64,000 bases of DNA from Scenedesmus sp. PABB004 (taxonomy: Eukaryota), in NCBI GenBank assembly GCA_014905635.1, contig JABVCE010000014.1, positions 806,001 through 870,000 on the forward strand, in the 5' to 3' direction. Position 1 is the stretch's first letter; each line of letters starts with the position of its first letter. A model generated the notes under the pieces. The model was given only the letters and a program-made list of their open reading frames with translations, made no database searches and had not been told where the DNA came from. Position numbers and translations under genes: made by a program. Below are positions 1 to 11,403 of the stretch, one piece after another.

Positions 1-570
1 ACGCTGTAGCTGCAGCAGAGCTGCTGCCACTCCAGGTGCACGCGCTCGACCTTGCTCGCCGCCTTGCTGTCGTGCGCGGCGTCGTCGTACACCTCGCTGG
101 GCACGCGCGACAGGCCGCCCGGGGGCTCCGGCTCCGCCACGCAGCGGGCGTGGCCATCTGCGCGGCGGGGGCGGCCGGGGTGAGCGGGTGGGCCTCCTGG
201 CCATTGCCCGGGCTGGCCCGCCGCCTGCCGTCGCCGCGAGCTGCCAGACCGCTCCGCGAAAGCTGCCCCAAACCTCACCCGACTTGAGGCCGCTGCTCCC
301 GCTCGCAGAGGAGGTGCTGCGGCGCTTGGCGAGCGTGAGCACTACATCGTCGCTGCAGACCACGCCCGTCCGGCCCTCATCGCCCTCGCTGATGCGCGCC
401 TTGGGCGCTCTGTGGCCGAAGCTCGTCCGTCGGCGCCGCCGGAAGGCCGCCAGGGGCCTGGGATCGTAGATAAGGTAGGTCTTCAGGAACCAGAAGGCAG
501 CAAAGACGTGGGCAAACACCACCGCGGGCACCCAGAGCCCCACGATGGCCGTCTCGTGGAGCAGCGCCAT
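1..570 (-). CDS. 5' part of a probable ABCG (White-family) transporter with an N-terminal hydrophobic segment; runs off the window edge
   Basis: ATG at 570 gives MALLHETAIVGLWVPAVVFAHVFAAFWFLKTYLIYDPRP. A GT-AG intron (~278-158) follows, then ...SKVERVHLEWQQLCCSYSV, resembling the 'LEW..L.Y.V' motif that precedes the ABCG nucleotide-binding domain. The NBD itself lies outside the window. Confidence 0.45.
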   Translation of the reverse strand, partial: MALLHETAIVGLWVPAVVFAHVFAAFWFLKTYLIYDPRPLAAFRRRRRTSFGHRAPKARISEGDEGRTGVVCSDDVVLTLAKRRSTSSASGSSGLKSGEVWGSFRGAVWQLAATAGGGPARAMARRPTRSPRPPPPRRWPRPLRGGAGAPGRPVARAQRGVRRRRARQQGGEQGRARAPGVAAALLQLQR

Positions 571-1123
571 GGCCCGCCTCTCCGGCGCGGCTCAGCGCCC
601 CGGCGCGGGCGGCGCGGCGGCCAGGGCGGGGCGCGAGGGGGCCGCCCAGTTGGCCCCGTGCCGGCTGCGCGGGGGGTGGCCTGGCGGCTGGCAGCGGCGC
701 CCGGGAGCGGGAGAGGGAGTGTCTGAAGCTCTGAGTGGGCGCCGCCAGGGCGTCCGGGCACGGGCGGCGCCGGGAGACAACCCCCCGCGCGCGCGGTACG
801 CGAGGTTTACCTGCCAGGCACGGGCGGGCGCCGCTCTCGCGCGCAGAGACCGCAAAATGAGCCCCCACACCTCCCGGCGGAGCGCGGTGGCGCGCCGGGC
901 TGCTGCGGCGAAGCTGGCGCGCGGGTGCCGCGAGCGGCCACCGCGCCCGCGGGAGCGGCGCTGGCGGGCGGCCAGGGGCGCCGAACGTGCAGGCGCACGG
1001 GCCCGGCCACGCGCTGGCGGCGCCGCGGCGAGCGCGGTGTCGGCGGCGGCGGCGCGGGCGTCGGCGGCGGCGGCGCTGCTGCTGTCCGCGCGCGGTGCGG
1101 CGGTGCTCGCTCGGTCGTTGCAG

Positions 1124-1146
1124 ACATCATCATCATCATCATCATC
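1124..1146. repeat. (CAT)n microsatellite
   Basis: catcatcatcatcatcatcatca in intergenic DNA. Confidence 0.9.
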
Positions 1147-1592
1147 AGCACTCTACGGACGCAAACAATACGGCCATAATGATGTGGTGTGGGGTTCGTG
1201 CACGCGCGCCCGCCGGCGCCTTTATCTCACGCTGCGCTGCGCGCAGTAGCAGCAGCGCGCTCCCGTTTATCTCGCGCACACCACGCGGGAGCAAGGACGG
1301 CCGCCACGGAAGGTGGCGCGCCGCAACAACACCGGCCAAGGGGCGCCGCCGAAGGGCGCCGCCGCGCCGGCCGCCCGGCGGCGGGCCAACATGAACACTC
1401 GCTCGCGCGCCGCACACACTCGGCACGCGCGGCGTGCGCGCCGCGCTCGCCAGCAGCGGTCACACCCGCTGCTAGAGTACACACCACCACGCGGGCCCCT
1501 CTCGGCTGCCGACCCGCGCCGCCCGCGCCAGTGGGCGCGCCGACGACTCAACCCCCCCCCCCCCTGCACGCACGCGGTACGAACAGGCCGCC

Positions 1593-4500
1593 TCAGAACA
1601 CACCGCTGCGCATGAGCAGCGTGCCCGCGGCCGCCATGACCGCGCTCAGCGCCGCCGCGGTGAGCTGCTGGCCCTCGACCGTCGCCGCGCCCTTGCGCCC
1701 CACCTCGGCCGCGAGCTGCGCGGTCAGGCCGTCGGGCTCGACGCCGTCGCGCCGCATCGCGCGCAGCAGCTCGAGCGCGCGGTCGTACAGGCCCGCGCGG
1801 TCCGCCGCCGCGACGAGCGCGTTGTAGAGGTGCACGCTCGGGGCGCGCCCCGCCGCCGCGGCGCGCGCGCGCACGCGCAGCGCCGCGCCCGCGTCGCCGG
1901 CGAGCGAGTGCGCGGCGACGAGCCCGCAGAATGCGTAGTCGCCGGGCGCCAGCCCCGCGCCCTCCATCGCGCGCACGAGCGCCTCGGCGCGCGCGGGGTC
2001 GCCGGACAGGCCCGCCACGCCGACCATCGCCTCATACGTCGCGCCGTCGGCGGCGCCCGCGCCGCGCGCGCGCGCGAACAGCGCCTCCGCGACGCCCAGC
2101 TGCCCCGCCTTGCCCGCGGCGGCGATGGCCGTGGTGTACATGCCCGCCGTGGGGCGCACACCCAGCGACGCGCCGCGCGCGAGCGCGCCGACCGCCTCGC
2201 GCCACTTGCCGGCGCGCTCGTACGCCGACATCAGCGCCGCCACGACGCCCTCGTTCACCAGGCCGCCGCCGCCGCCGCCCTGCCGCGGCGCCGGCGCGGC
2301 GCCGCCCTCGGGCGCCGCCGCCGCTGCCTGCTGCTGCTGCCGCGGCCGCTGCTGCGGCCGCTGCTGCTGCTGCGCCTGCTGCGGCTGCTGCACCGCCGCC
2401 GCAGGGTTTTGGTGGAACTGCTGCTGCTGCAGCATGAGCAGCTGCAGATCGACGCTGGCCGCGAGCTGCTGCTGCAGCGCCATCTGCGACAGCTGCTGCG
2501 CGAGCATGTTGCTGCTCACGCTCGCGGCCGCCGCGGCGGCCTCGCCGCCGGGCGCCGGCGAGTCGCTGCGCACGCTGCCCGCGCCGCTGGCGGCGGAGCT
2601 GCCGATGCTGGCCGCGCCCGCCGGCAGCTGCAGGTCCAGCCCGTGCAGCTGGCTCGCGCTGGTCCACAGCGCCGAGCTGCTGCCGCTGCTGCCGCTGCTG
2701 CCGCTGCTGCCACTGCTGCTGCTGCTGTCGCTGCCGCCGTCGGCCGCCGCGCTGGCGGCCGAGCTGGCGGCCGACGCAGCGCTGCCGCTGCTGCTGCTGC
2801 GGCCGCGCGGCGCGGGCTCGCCGCCCTCGGGGCGCTGGATGAGCCCCTGGCGCCCCGGGCCCGTCGCCGCCTGCCAGCCCCACACCCCCGGCACGACCTC
2901 CGCGTCCAGCCCGCTGGCGGGGCCGGCAAAGCCGAGCCCGCCAGCCGCCGCGGCGGCCGCTGCCGCCTGCCAGGGCAGCGCGCCCTGGCCGGGCGCCGCG
3001 CCCGCGAGCGCCTGCTGCTCCAGCGCCGAGAAGAGCGCCTCCGCGCGCGCCCACTCGCCGCACTCGCCGAGGCACTTGAGCAGCGCGGCGTAGGTGTAGG
3101 CGTTCGGCGACACGCCGCCCCACGCCGCGCTCTGCATGAGCCCCAGCATCTCGAGCGCGCGGTCCCACTGCGCCGCGTTGCCGAGCGCCGTGAGCAGCGC
3201 GGTGTAGGTGCGCACGTTGGGGCGCACGCCGGTGGAGAGCATCCACTGCACGACCGCCTCGGCGCGCTGCCACTGCGCCGCCGCGGCGAGCGCGGTGATG
3301 AGCGCGGTGCAGCTCACGACGTCGGGCTTGATCCCCGCGCCGCACATGTCCTCAAACAGCCCGACCGCCTGCGTCCAGTCGCCGCCCGCGGCGCACGCCG
3401 ACATCGCCGCCGCAAACGCGTGCCCCGTCGGCGACACGCCCGCGGCCGCCATGTCGGCCCAGATGTCGAGCGCCGCCGCCCAACGCCCGCCCTCCGCCGC
3501 CGCGCGCATCGCCGCCGTGTAGGCGTGCACCGTCGGCGCGAGCTTGCTGCCGCGCGGCGCCGCGCGCATCGCAGTATACATGCCCAGCGCGCGCTCGGTG
3601 AGGCCCTTGCGCGAGCACACCTGGCGGGCGCGCGCGCGGGCGGCGAGCGGGCGGGCGGTGAGCGGGCCGGCGCGCGGGCGCGCGGGCGGGCGGGCGGGCG
3701 CGCCGCAAGCCGGGGGCGAGCCAGCGGCGGCGCGGCGGCGGCGGCGCGGCGGCTGCGGCGCGGCGGCGGCGCGGCCGCGGGTGCGGCCGGCCACGCACCT
3801 CAATGTAGGTGATGCAGAGCCGGCAGTCGAGCGGGCACGCGGCCGCCTGTGCGTCCTCCCACACGCCGAGCGCGGTGTCGAGCAGGCCCGCGCCGAGCGC
3901 GGCGCGCATCGCCGCGGTGTAGGTGTAGACCGTCGGCGACAGCGCCGCGCCGCCGAGGCTCGCGGGCGCCTTCATCCACTGATACACCTGCAGCGCCGTC
4001 AGCGCCTGCCCGTGCTCCGAGCACACGCGGATGAGCTGCGCGACGCGGGCGCGGGCGGCGGCGCGCGGCGTGTGAGGCGGCGGCGCGGCGCCGGCGGCGG
4101 CGCGGGCTGCGCCGGGCTGCGCGGGCCACCCCGTGGCGGCGCGCGGGCGCCCTCGCTCACCGTGGTGCAGAGCCGGTCGTCGAGCTGGTGCCCGCTGTCC
4201 TGCAGCCACTGCGACAGCACGAGCGCGCGGCGCCAGGTCGCCTTGCTGCGGCCGAGCGTGCCGACGAGCTTGTCCAGCTCCCGGTTGTCCAGGCTGCCGG
4301 GCGGGACGCTGCCCGCCGGCGGCAGCACCACCGGCGCGCCGGCGTCCGCCAGGCGCAGCAGCTCGTCTGGCAGCGCATGGCCGCCGGCCGCCGGCGAGGC
4401 GCCGCTGCCGGCGCCGCTGGCGGCGCCGCGCGTGCTCGCCGCATGCGTGGCGGCGCCCGGGTGGCTGACTACGGGCAGCCCGCTGGGCGCCGGGAGGCGG

Positions 4501-4958
4501 CCCTGCGGGGGCGGGGCGGGGGTGGGTGCGTCTGTGGCCACGGCTGGTCGGCGCGCCTGTGGCGTGGCGCGCGCGCGCCGCAAACACGCTGGACGCGACC
4601 GCCGTGACTGACTGCACCACACGCGCGCGCGAGCAGGCGGCTGCGCACAGCGCTCGCGGCGCGATGGCGCGCCGGGACGTGCCACGCATGCAGGCGCGCC
4701 CCCGCCCGCTCGCACCTCGGCACCGCCCGCAAACTCCCACAGCGCGGAGCCAGACTCAAGGCCCAGCACTCCAGCCGGCGCGGCGGCCGCCAGGCGCGCG
4801 CCAGCCGCGCCCCCGCGGCCCGGCGCGAGCGGCGCCGGCAGCGGCCGCGCCGCGACCGCGCCGCCCTGGCCGCGGTGCCGGCTGGCGACGCTGCGCGCGC
4901 CCATGCCGCCGCTGCCGCCGCCGGCCACGCCCTCAGTGGGCAGGCGCATGAAGACCAT
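1593..4958 (-). CDS. Pentatricopeptide repeat (PPR) protein, about 4 exons
   Basis: Multiple PPR motifs: PTVYTYTAAMRA, PTVHAYTAAMRA, PDVVSCTALITAL, PNVRTYTALLTAL, PNAYTYAALLKCL, PSVHLYNALVAA. Exons ~4958-4715, ~4502-4161, 4035-3799 and 3620-1593. The start codon is tentative. Confidence 0.9.
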
Positions 4959-5491
4959 GGCGCGGGTGGCTGGCCGTGCTCACTGAAGCATCGTCGGCGC
5001 TGTCCCGCGGTGCGACACTGGCAGCTGCTGACGTCTGGGCGCGCCCTCGGCAGCGCCCGCGCAGTGTGCGGCGAGGATCAGCCCGGCAGCTGTCATAACA
5101 GTGCGCGGGTGGTGGGCGCGGCGTGTGTGGCTGTGCGGCCCGCGTGCGCCCGCCCGTGCCCGGGCCAGCCGCCGCGCGCACGGCGCGCCGGCGGCAGGCG
5201 CAGCGCCAGCGCGCGGCGCGGCCGGCGGCGCGGCGCGGCCACCGCCAGGCGAGCGCCGGCGCCCGCGGGCCACACGCGCGCGCGCGGCGCCGAGCTGGCC
5301 GGGCGCGCGCGCCACTGTGCAGCAAGGTCCAGGCGATGTTGTGAGAGCTGCCCCCGAGCTGGAGCAGCTCAAGCGCACGCGCCGCGCACGAGCGCCAGGC
5401 CCCGGCCGCCGAGCCCTGGCGCCGCTGGCCACGCGCCGCCGCAGCTGCCCGCCGGAGCTGGTCGCGCCGCCCGCCACTCGCTGGGCAGCTC
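4800..5491 (+). repeat. Inverted repeat copy A (~690 bp); contains the putative PPR start codon and upstream region
   Basis: Reverse complement of 11404-12087, with about 10 substitutions and one 8-nt indel by manual comparison. Near-identical ORF translations appear on opposite strands in the ORF track. Confidence 0.97.
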
Positions 5492-6407
5492 TGCCTCCTC
5501 CTACAAGGGTATTACCGCGCGCGCGCGTGCGCGCGCCTGGGGCGCGCAGCCCGCAGCCGCGCAGCCGCGCAGGTCAAACAATCGCCCGGCTGACCGTGAG
5601 CTAGCTATGCCTAGACATACACAGCGAGCAATCAATCATTGCCCCGGCGACGGTTGCGTTCACTCGGCGCTCGCGCACAAACCCGCCCGGCGGTTTGCCT
5701 GGTCGCCGCGGCGTGAGCCGCGCGCCGCACGCCGCCGCGCCAGGCGAGCTGCCGTGCGCGCCCACCCGTCAGTCAGTCACCAAGTGCCTCACGCGCGCCA
5801 CACATAAACACACACAACAACACTGTGTGCGCCGAGGCCTGCACGTGCGCTAGCGCGCCGCGGCGGCGCCCTGCGGCGCGCGCGCGCCCTGACACCCGGG
5901 GCGGCGGGCGCCAGCGCAGCAGCCGCAGGCTGCTGCCGCTGCTGCGCTGCCAGCCCAAGGGGCCGCCCCGCACTGGCACCGTGCGGCCGGGGCAATCAAA
6001 CACGCCCCCGCGAAGTGGGGGCGCGCCGCGCCGAGCACGCCGCCCAAGGCCCGGCGCGGCCGCAGGCCTTGATTCGCCAGCGGTCGCCCCTGCCCGCCCG
6101 CTCGCCCGCCGGCATTCTTTGTTCGCCCACGCGCGCCCAGAGAGAGAGAGGGCGCGCGCCCTGCATCGTCGCAGCAGGGCCGCCCGCGTCGATGGCCGCC
6201 CGCCCACCCACCCGCTGCCTACCCTGCCCGAGAGCACCGCCGCCGCCGCCGCCCCACCCGGCCGGCGCTGCTGTGCGCGCGGCCGCTGCTGCCCGCCTGC
6301 CTGGCCCGGCGCTGCTCGGCGGCGCGCGGGCGGGCGCCGCGGCGCGCCGCGGCTGCGGCGCGCCCGCGCCCGCGGCGCGCGCGGGCTGCGCGTGGGCGCG
6401 CGCGGCC

Positions 6408-8952
6408 TCAGTGGCCCTCCACGGGGACCTGGTTCGCGGAGATGGCGGCGCCAAACGCGGCCTTGATGTCGCCCGGCGCCGCGCCGCTGCCGGCGATGCG
6501 GCAGGACGGGTCCGTGATCGGGCGCGGCAGGTCGGCCTCCGTCACGGGGACGCCCTCGAGGTGGCGCCACGCGGTGTGCGTGGTCCTGATGTCGCGCAGC
6601 GCGCGCCACACATTGACGCCCGCCTTCATTCCGCCGCCCATGCCGATCTGCATGACCGTCTGGTTGCGCCGCAGGCCCTCCACAGACTCCATGTACGCCA
6701 TCACGTACCTGGCCGGGCAGGCGGCCGGGCGGCCGTGCGTGAGCTGGCGTTCGCGTGCGCCGCTGGCTGCCGCCGCGCTGCGCCGCCGCGCCGCCCGCCG
6801 CGCCGCGCGGCCGGCCGGCCGCACCAGGTGGTGGAGCAGGAGGTGTTGCCGTAGTCGCGCAGCGTCGCAAAGCTGGGCATCATCTTGTCGACAGGCAGGT
6901 TCATCGCCTGCTGCAGGCCCTTCAGCACCGCGTACCCGCCTGCCACGGCGCGGGCACGGGCGCGGGCGCGGCGGCGGCGTCGGCGTCGGCGGCCGCGCGC
7001 GGGGCGCCGCCCGCCCGGCGGCCGCCGGCGAGCCCGCCGCGTGCGTGCTCCCCCGCGCCGCCGCGCGCCCGGTCTCCGCTCTCACCCGCGTGCAGCGCAA
7101 AGTGGTCGACGCACTTGGTGAAGTCCGGCACGTAGTCGCCGACGTCCCGGCCGAGCACGTTCTTCTCAAACAGGTTGACCGCCGCCTCGGCGTACTGCCC
7201 CCACGTGAGGATGCGCGGCGCGATCGTGCGCAGGCAGCCCTCGAGCGCCTTGGCTGCCTGGAGGCGCGCGCGCGCGCGCGCGGCGAGAGGCGGCGGCGGC
7301 GCGCGCGGGCGTGAGCGCCGCCGCCTCCGCCGCTGCGCCGCGCCGCGCTGGGGCCTGCCCCGCCTGCCTCAAGACCCCTCCCTCCGCCGCCGCCGCGCCC
7401 GCACCTGCAGCGGCACGTCCTTGCGCAGGTACACGCCGTTCACGCCGTCCTTGTCGGGGCCCCAGCCCATGCAGCCGTACGCGCCGTCGTCGGCGCCCGT
7501 GTGCACGCGCACGTTGTGCATGAGCTGGTACTTGGCGGTGCGCCAGAACTGGGGCTTGTTGGTGCACATGATCGCCGCGCCGCCCATGCGGAAGATCGCG
7601 TTGGCGACCTGCGGCGCGGCGCGGCGCGGCGCGGCGAGCGGTGCGGTGCGCAACAGGCGGCGGCGGCGGCCGTTGAGCGGTGCGGTGCGCGCGCGCGGGC
7701 AGGGGCGCGGACGGGCGGCGCTGGTGCTGCCAGCTGGCGCACCATGTAGTCCTTCTGCAGGCCGGGGTAGAAGCAGTAGGTCGTGATCTCGCTCGGCACA
7801 AATACGGCGATGCTGTTGGGCCGGGCCTGCGCGCGGCGGGCGCGGCAGCGGCGCGCCGCGTCGGGCGGCTGCCGGAGCGCGCGGCTGGCGCGGGCGTGGC
7901 TGGCCTCGCTGCTGCTGCTGCTGCTGCTGCGGGTGCTGCGTGCGCGGCCGCCGGGCACACACGATGAGCAGGTCGCGGATGAGGGAGAGGGCCATGACGC
8001 CGTTGCCGCAGCCCATGCCGCCGAGGTGGTAGCTCTGGATGTCGCTGCGCAGCTTGAAGTGGTTCACCAGCATGCTCGCCAGGCTCGGCGTGGGGCAGTA
8101 GATGGAGCAGTTGGTCACCAGGATGTCGATCTCGGACGGCCGGATGCCTGCGCGCGCCACGCGGCGGCGGCGGCAGGGGCGGGGCGGGCGGCGCGGTCAG
8201 CGGCGCGCGCGGGAGCATGGGCGCACGGCACGCGCACGGCACGGCACGCCGGGTGACGCCCCGCTGGCGAGCGGCGGCGAGGCTGACCCCGCTGGCCCAG
8301 CCCGCCGGCGCGCCCGGCGCGGCCGCCGTCGCCGCCCGCCGCGCGGCGTCACCGCGGCGCTGCTGCGCGTGCTGTTCAAACAGCGCACCCGTCTTCTCCA
8401 GCAGCTCCGCGACGGCGCCGCACATGGTCATCTCGGCCTCCTTCTTGGCGGTGTCCATGTCATACTTGGGCTCCTTGGTGTGCAGCGGGTTGATCCAGGC
8501 GGGCAGGTAGGTGCCGTTCGGGCTGATGCCAGACCGGGTGAACACCTTGCTGATGAACTCGTAGTTCTCCTCCTTGCACTCCTGAGAAGCGAGAGGGGTC
8601 CCATGAGCACGCACGCCAGCGCGGTGGGCGCGGCACGCCCCCGCGGCGCGCCTGGCGGGCGCCGGAGGCGCGGCGCGACCATCTGCCGCCCGCCCCGCCC
8701 GCTGCGCGGGCCTGGCGCACGGCTGGACCGCCAGGGCGCGCCCATTTCCGACGCTGGCCGTCTCGATCGGCGCCCCCGCGGCCCAGGGCGGCCGCAGTTG
8801 GCGCGGCGTTTCCTGCTCCCGGCACAACCACCACCCCCGCTCACCGCCCACTTCCTGGACGCCTTCTGCGTGGCAAAGTACTCAATCTTTAGCTCCTCCG
8901 GCGGCTTGTAGACCGCAAAGTCCACCATCAGCACGGGCGCGGACGGGGCCAT
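6408..8952 (-). CDS. KCS: FAE1/KCS-type 3-ketoacyl-CoA synthase (type III PKS fold), copy 1, 8 exons
   Basis: MAPSAPVLMVDFAVYKPP; IDILVTNCSIYCPTPSLASMLVNHFKLRSDIQSYHLGGMGC (catalytic Cys); FRMGGAAI; HFALHAGGYAVL (His); GNTSCSTTWY (Asn). Confidence 0.93.
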
Positions 8953-9610
8953 CGCGCCTGGCCTGGCGAGCGGTGGTTGGGCGGGATGGCGCGACCGGGA
9001 GGGGCGATGCGGGGTGCGTGACGCCTCTGGGGAGCCCGGACCTGCGCTCGAGGCCTGCGGCCGGCGGCGGGGGCGACCCTGGAGCGTGCGGGAGGCGCCG
9101 GGTTCAGATGGTTGGAAGCCGCGCCGGAGAAACGCTGAGCCAGGAGCCTGGCGGCGGCCGTCTTGGCCTCTGAAATGATGAGTGAACTCGTACCAGCGCC
9201 GCAGGCAGGGCCACGGGGCAGCAGGCGCGGCGTGCGCTCGGCGGAACCAGTCAGATTGACCGCCGACCCTCGCACGCGACCGCGCCGGCCGCTGCGCCAC
9301 TGAGCGCGCTGCCCGACTGCGCGGTCGAAGAGAGCTTGTGGCTGCCCCGCTGTGGCGGGCCGCCGAGCGCCGCTGCAACGGCGGCGGCAGCAGCGCGGCA
9401 GCAGCGCGGTCGGGCGGTGGTGTTCTGACCCGCGGCGGCTGCTGCCGACAAGCGGCACGCACGTCCTACACGTGGCCAGGCCGTTTCCTCGCTGCACACA
9501 CTCCAGGCACACAGCGCGCGCCGTCCCCGGCGGCCGCGGGGCTGCGCCGCCGCCGGCGGCGCGCCCTCCCCCAGGACGTAGGGAGGGGCGGGCGCGCCGC
9601 GCGCGCGGGG

Positions 9611-9669
9611 GCAGGCTCGGGTCGGGGCCGCGGCGGGGGTGGGTTTGGCCGCGGCCCGTCAGGGCCCGC
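9611..9669 (-). promoter_or_regulatory. SECIS element in the GPX 3' UTR
   Basis: Minus strand reads GCGGGC-CC-TGAC-GGGCCGCGGC-C-AAA-CCCACCCCC-GCCGCGGCCC-CGAC-CCGA-GCCTGC. This gives helix I, a UGAN/NGAN core, a perfect 10-bp helix II and an AAA apical motif 11 nt from the core, about 55 nt after the stop codon. Confidence 0.85.
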
Positions 9670-9724
9670 GGCCGCCGGGGCGCGCGCGCTGGTGCGGGAG
9701 GGCAGCCCGGGGGTCATGCCTGGG

Positions 9725-11368
9725 TCAGATGGCCGCGAGCAGGCGCTCCACCGAGCAGCCCTTGCGCCCCGGGTGCATGAGGCACTCGGGCGCGAGCGGC
9801 GGCTTGCCGGCGAGCGTGAGGCGCACCTGCGCGCGCGCGCGCGGCGGCGGCGGCGGCGGCGGCTCGGCGGCGGCGCGGTCGGCCCGCGCCGCAGCCGGCA
9901 GCCCGCAGGCGGGTGGCGGCCGCCGCCGCGCGGCGGCGGGCGTGGGCGCTGCTCACGTCGCCCTCAAACTCGAGCGGGTCGAAGCCCGGCTTGTACCGTG
10001 CCACGGCCTGGCCCTGCCGGTTGACCAAGAACTTCACGTAGTTCCTGCAAAAACACACACACAAACACACACAAAGTGGGGCGCGGGTGTGGGGCGGGCA
10101 GCAGCGTCACGGGCGGCGCACGGGCGGCCCGGGCGCGGCAGGGTGCTGCAGGCGGGCGGGGCGGCGGCGGCGCGGCGCACCACTCGATCGCGGCGGGCCC
10201 GCCGCCGCCCGGCACGGGCCGCGCCGCGCCGGGCGCCGACGCGGGCTGCGCCGCGCGGAGGTACTGGTAGAGCGGGTGCGCGCCGGGGCCGTTGACCTCG
10301 AGCTTGTCCTGCCAGCAGCACGCGGCGGCGCACGCGGCGGCGGCCGCGTGAGCGGCGCGGGCGCGAGGCGCGGCTGCAGCCGGGCTGCAGCCGCGCGGCG
10401 GCGCGCGTCCGAGGGCGCAGCGCGCGCGCGCGCGCGCGCGGCGAGCACCCCCCCCCCTGTGGCGCGCCCCGCGTGCCCAACCCCCCCCCCCCCCCCAGCG
10501 GCGCCTGCTGCTCACAAAGACGTCAAACTCGAAGCCGAACTTGCGGAACGCCCACGCACGCTCCTCCTCCGACGTGCCCGGCGCCTGCCCGCCAAACTGG
10601 TTGCAGGGGAAGGCGATGACGTTGAAGCCGTCGCCCTTGTACTTATCATACAGCGTCCTGCGGCGCGCACGCGCGCGGTGGCGCGGGGCTCGCCGGCAGC
10701 GCAGGCTTTTCGACGGCGGCGCGCGGGCTCGCCAGCGGCGCGCGCGAGAGGAGCGCCGCCCCGGCCCCCGCCGCACGCGGCCCACGCGGCCCACCTGAGC
10801 CCTGGATAGTTCACGTTCTGAGGGCGCAAGCGGCGGGCAGCCGGGCGGTGAGGCGCCGCCGCGTGCACGTGCGAGCGCGGGCGGCCCGGCAGCGGCGGCG
10901 CTGCGGCCGTGCCTGGAGGGGTCACTCGCTCGCGATGTTCACGATGACCAGCGCCTGGCCCCGGTACTTAGACAGGGCGACCTCCTCGCCGTACTGGAGG
11001 CAGGTGAAGTCGTAAATCGAGGCAGGGGGCGCGCCCGCGCCTGCGTGTGGCCGAGCAGCGGCGCGGCGGCGCAGCGGCAGCGGCGGTGGGCGCGCGTGCC
11101 CGCCGCGTCACGCAGGGGGCGCAATTGCGCGAAACCTCGCGCTCCTGAGCGTGGGGCCGCCCGCCGGCCAGCGCCGCGCTCGTGCCAGCGCCGCCGCTGC
11201 TGCCGCACCGCTGGCGCCGCCGCCAGCGAGCAGCAGCGCCGCGCCCGCGGCGCCCGACAGCACGTCGCGCCGGCCCGCACGCGCGGTCACGGCACGGCGC
11301 GCGGCGCCCGCGGGCGGCGAGGACGCGGGCCGAGCGACCGCCGCCGCGCGAGCCCCCCGGGCGTGCAT
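9725..11368 (-). CDS. GPX: Selenocysteine-containing glutathione peroxidase with plastid transit peptide and twin-arginine (Tat) signal, 7 exons
   Basis: SIYDFT...LSKYRGQALVIVNIASE-TGA(10924-10922)-PLQ|NVNYPGLR aligns to GPX NVASxCGLTxxNY. Also FPCNQFGGQAPG, KLEVNG, HPLYQYL and IEW|NYVKFLVNRQG. The N-terminus carries RRDVLSGAAGAALLLA...AGA. Confidence 0.92.
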
Positions 11369-11403
11369 TGTGTGTGCTCGCAGAGGGCGGGCGAGATGGG
11401 CAC

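Noticed and set aside
10922..10924. GPX as a pseudogene with a premature stop
   Set aside because: The stop coincides with the catalytic residue, all downstream exons are intact and a SECIS is present.
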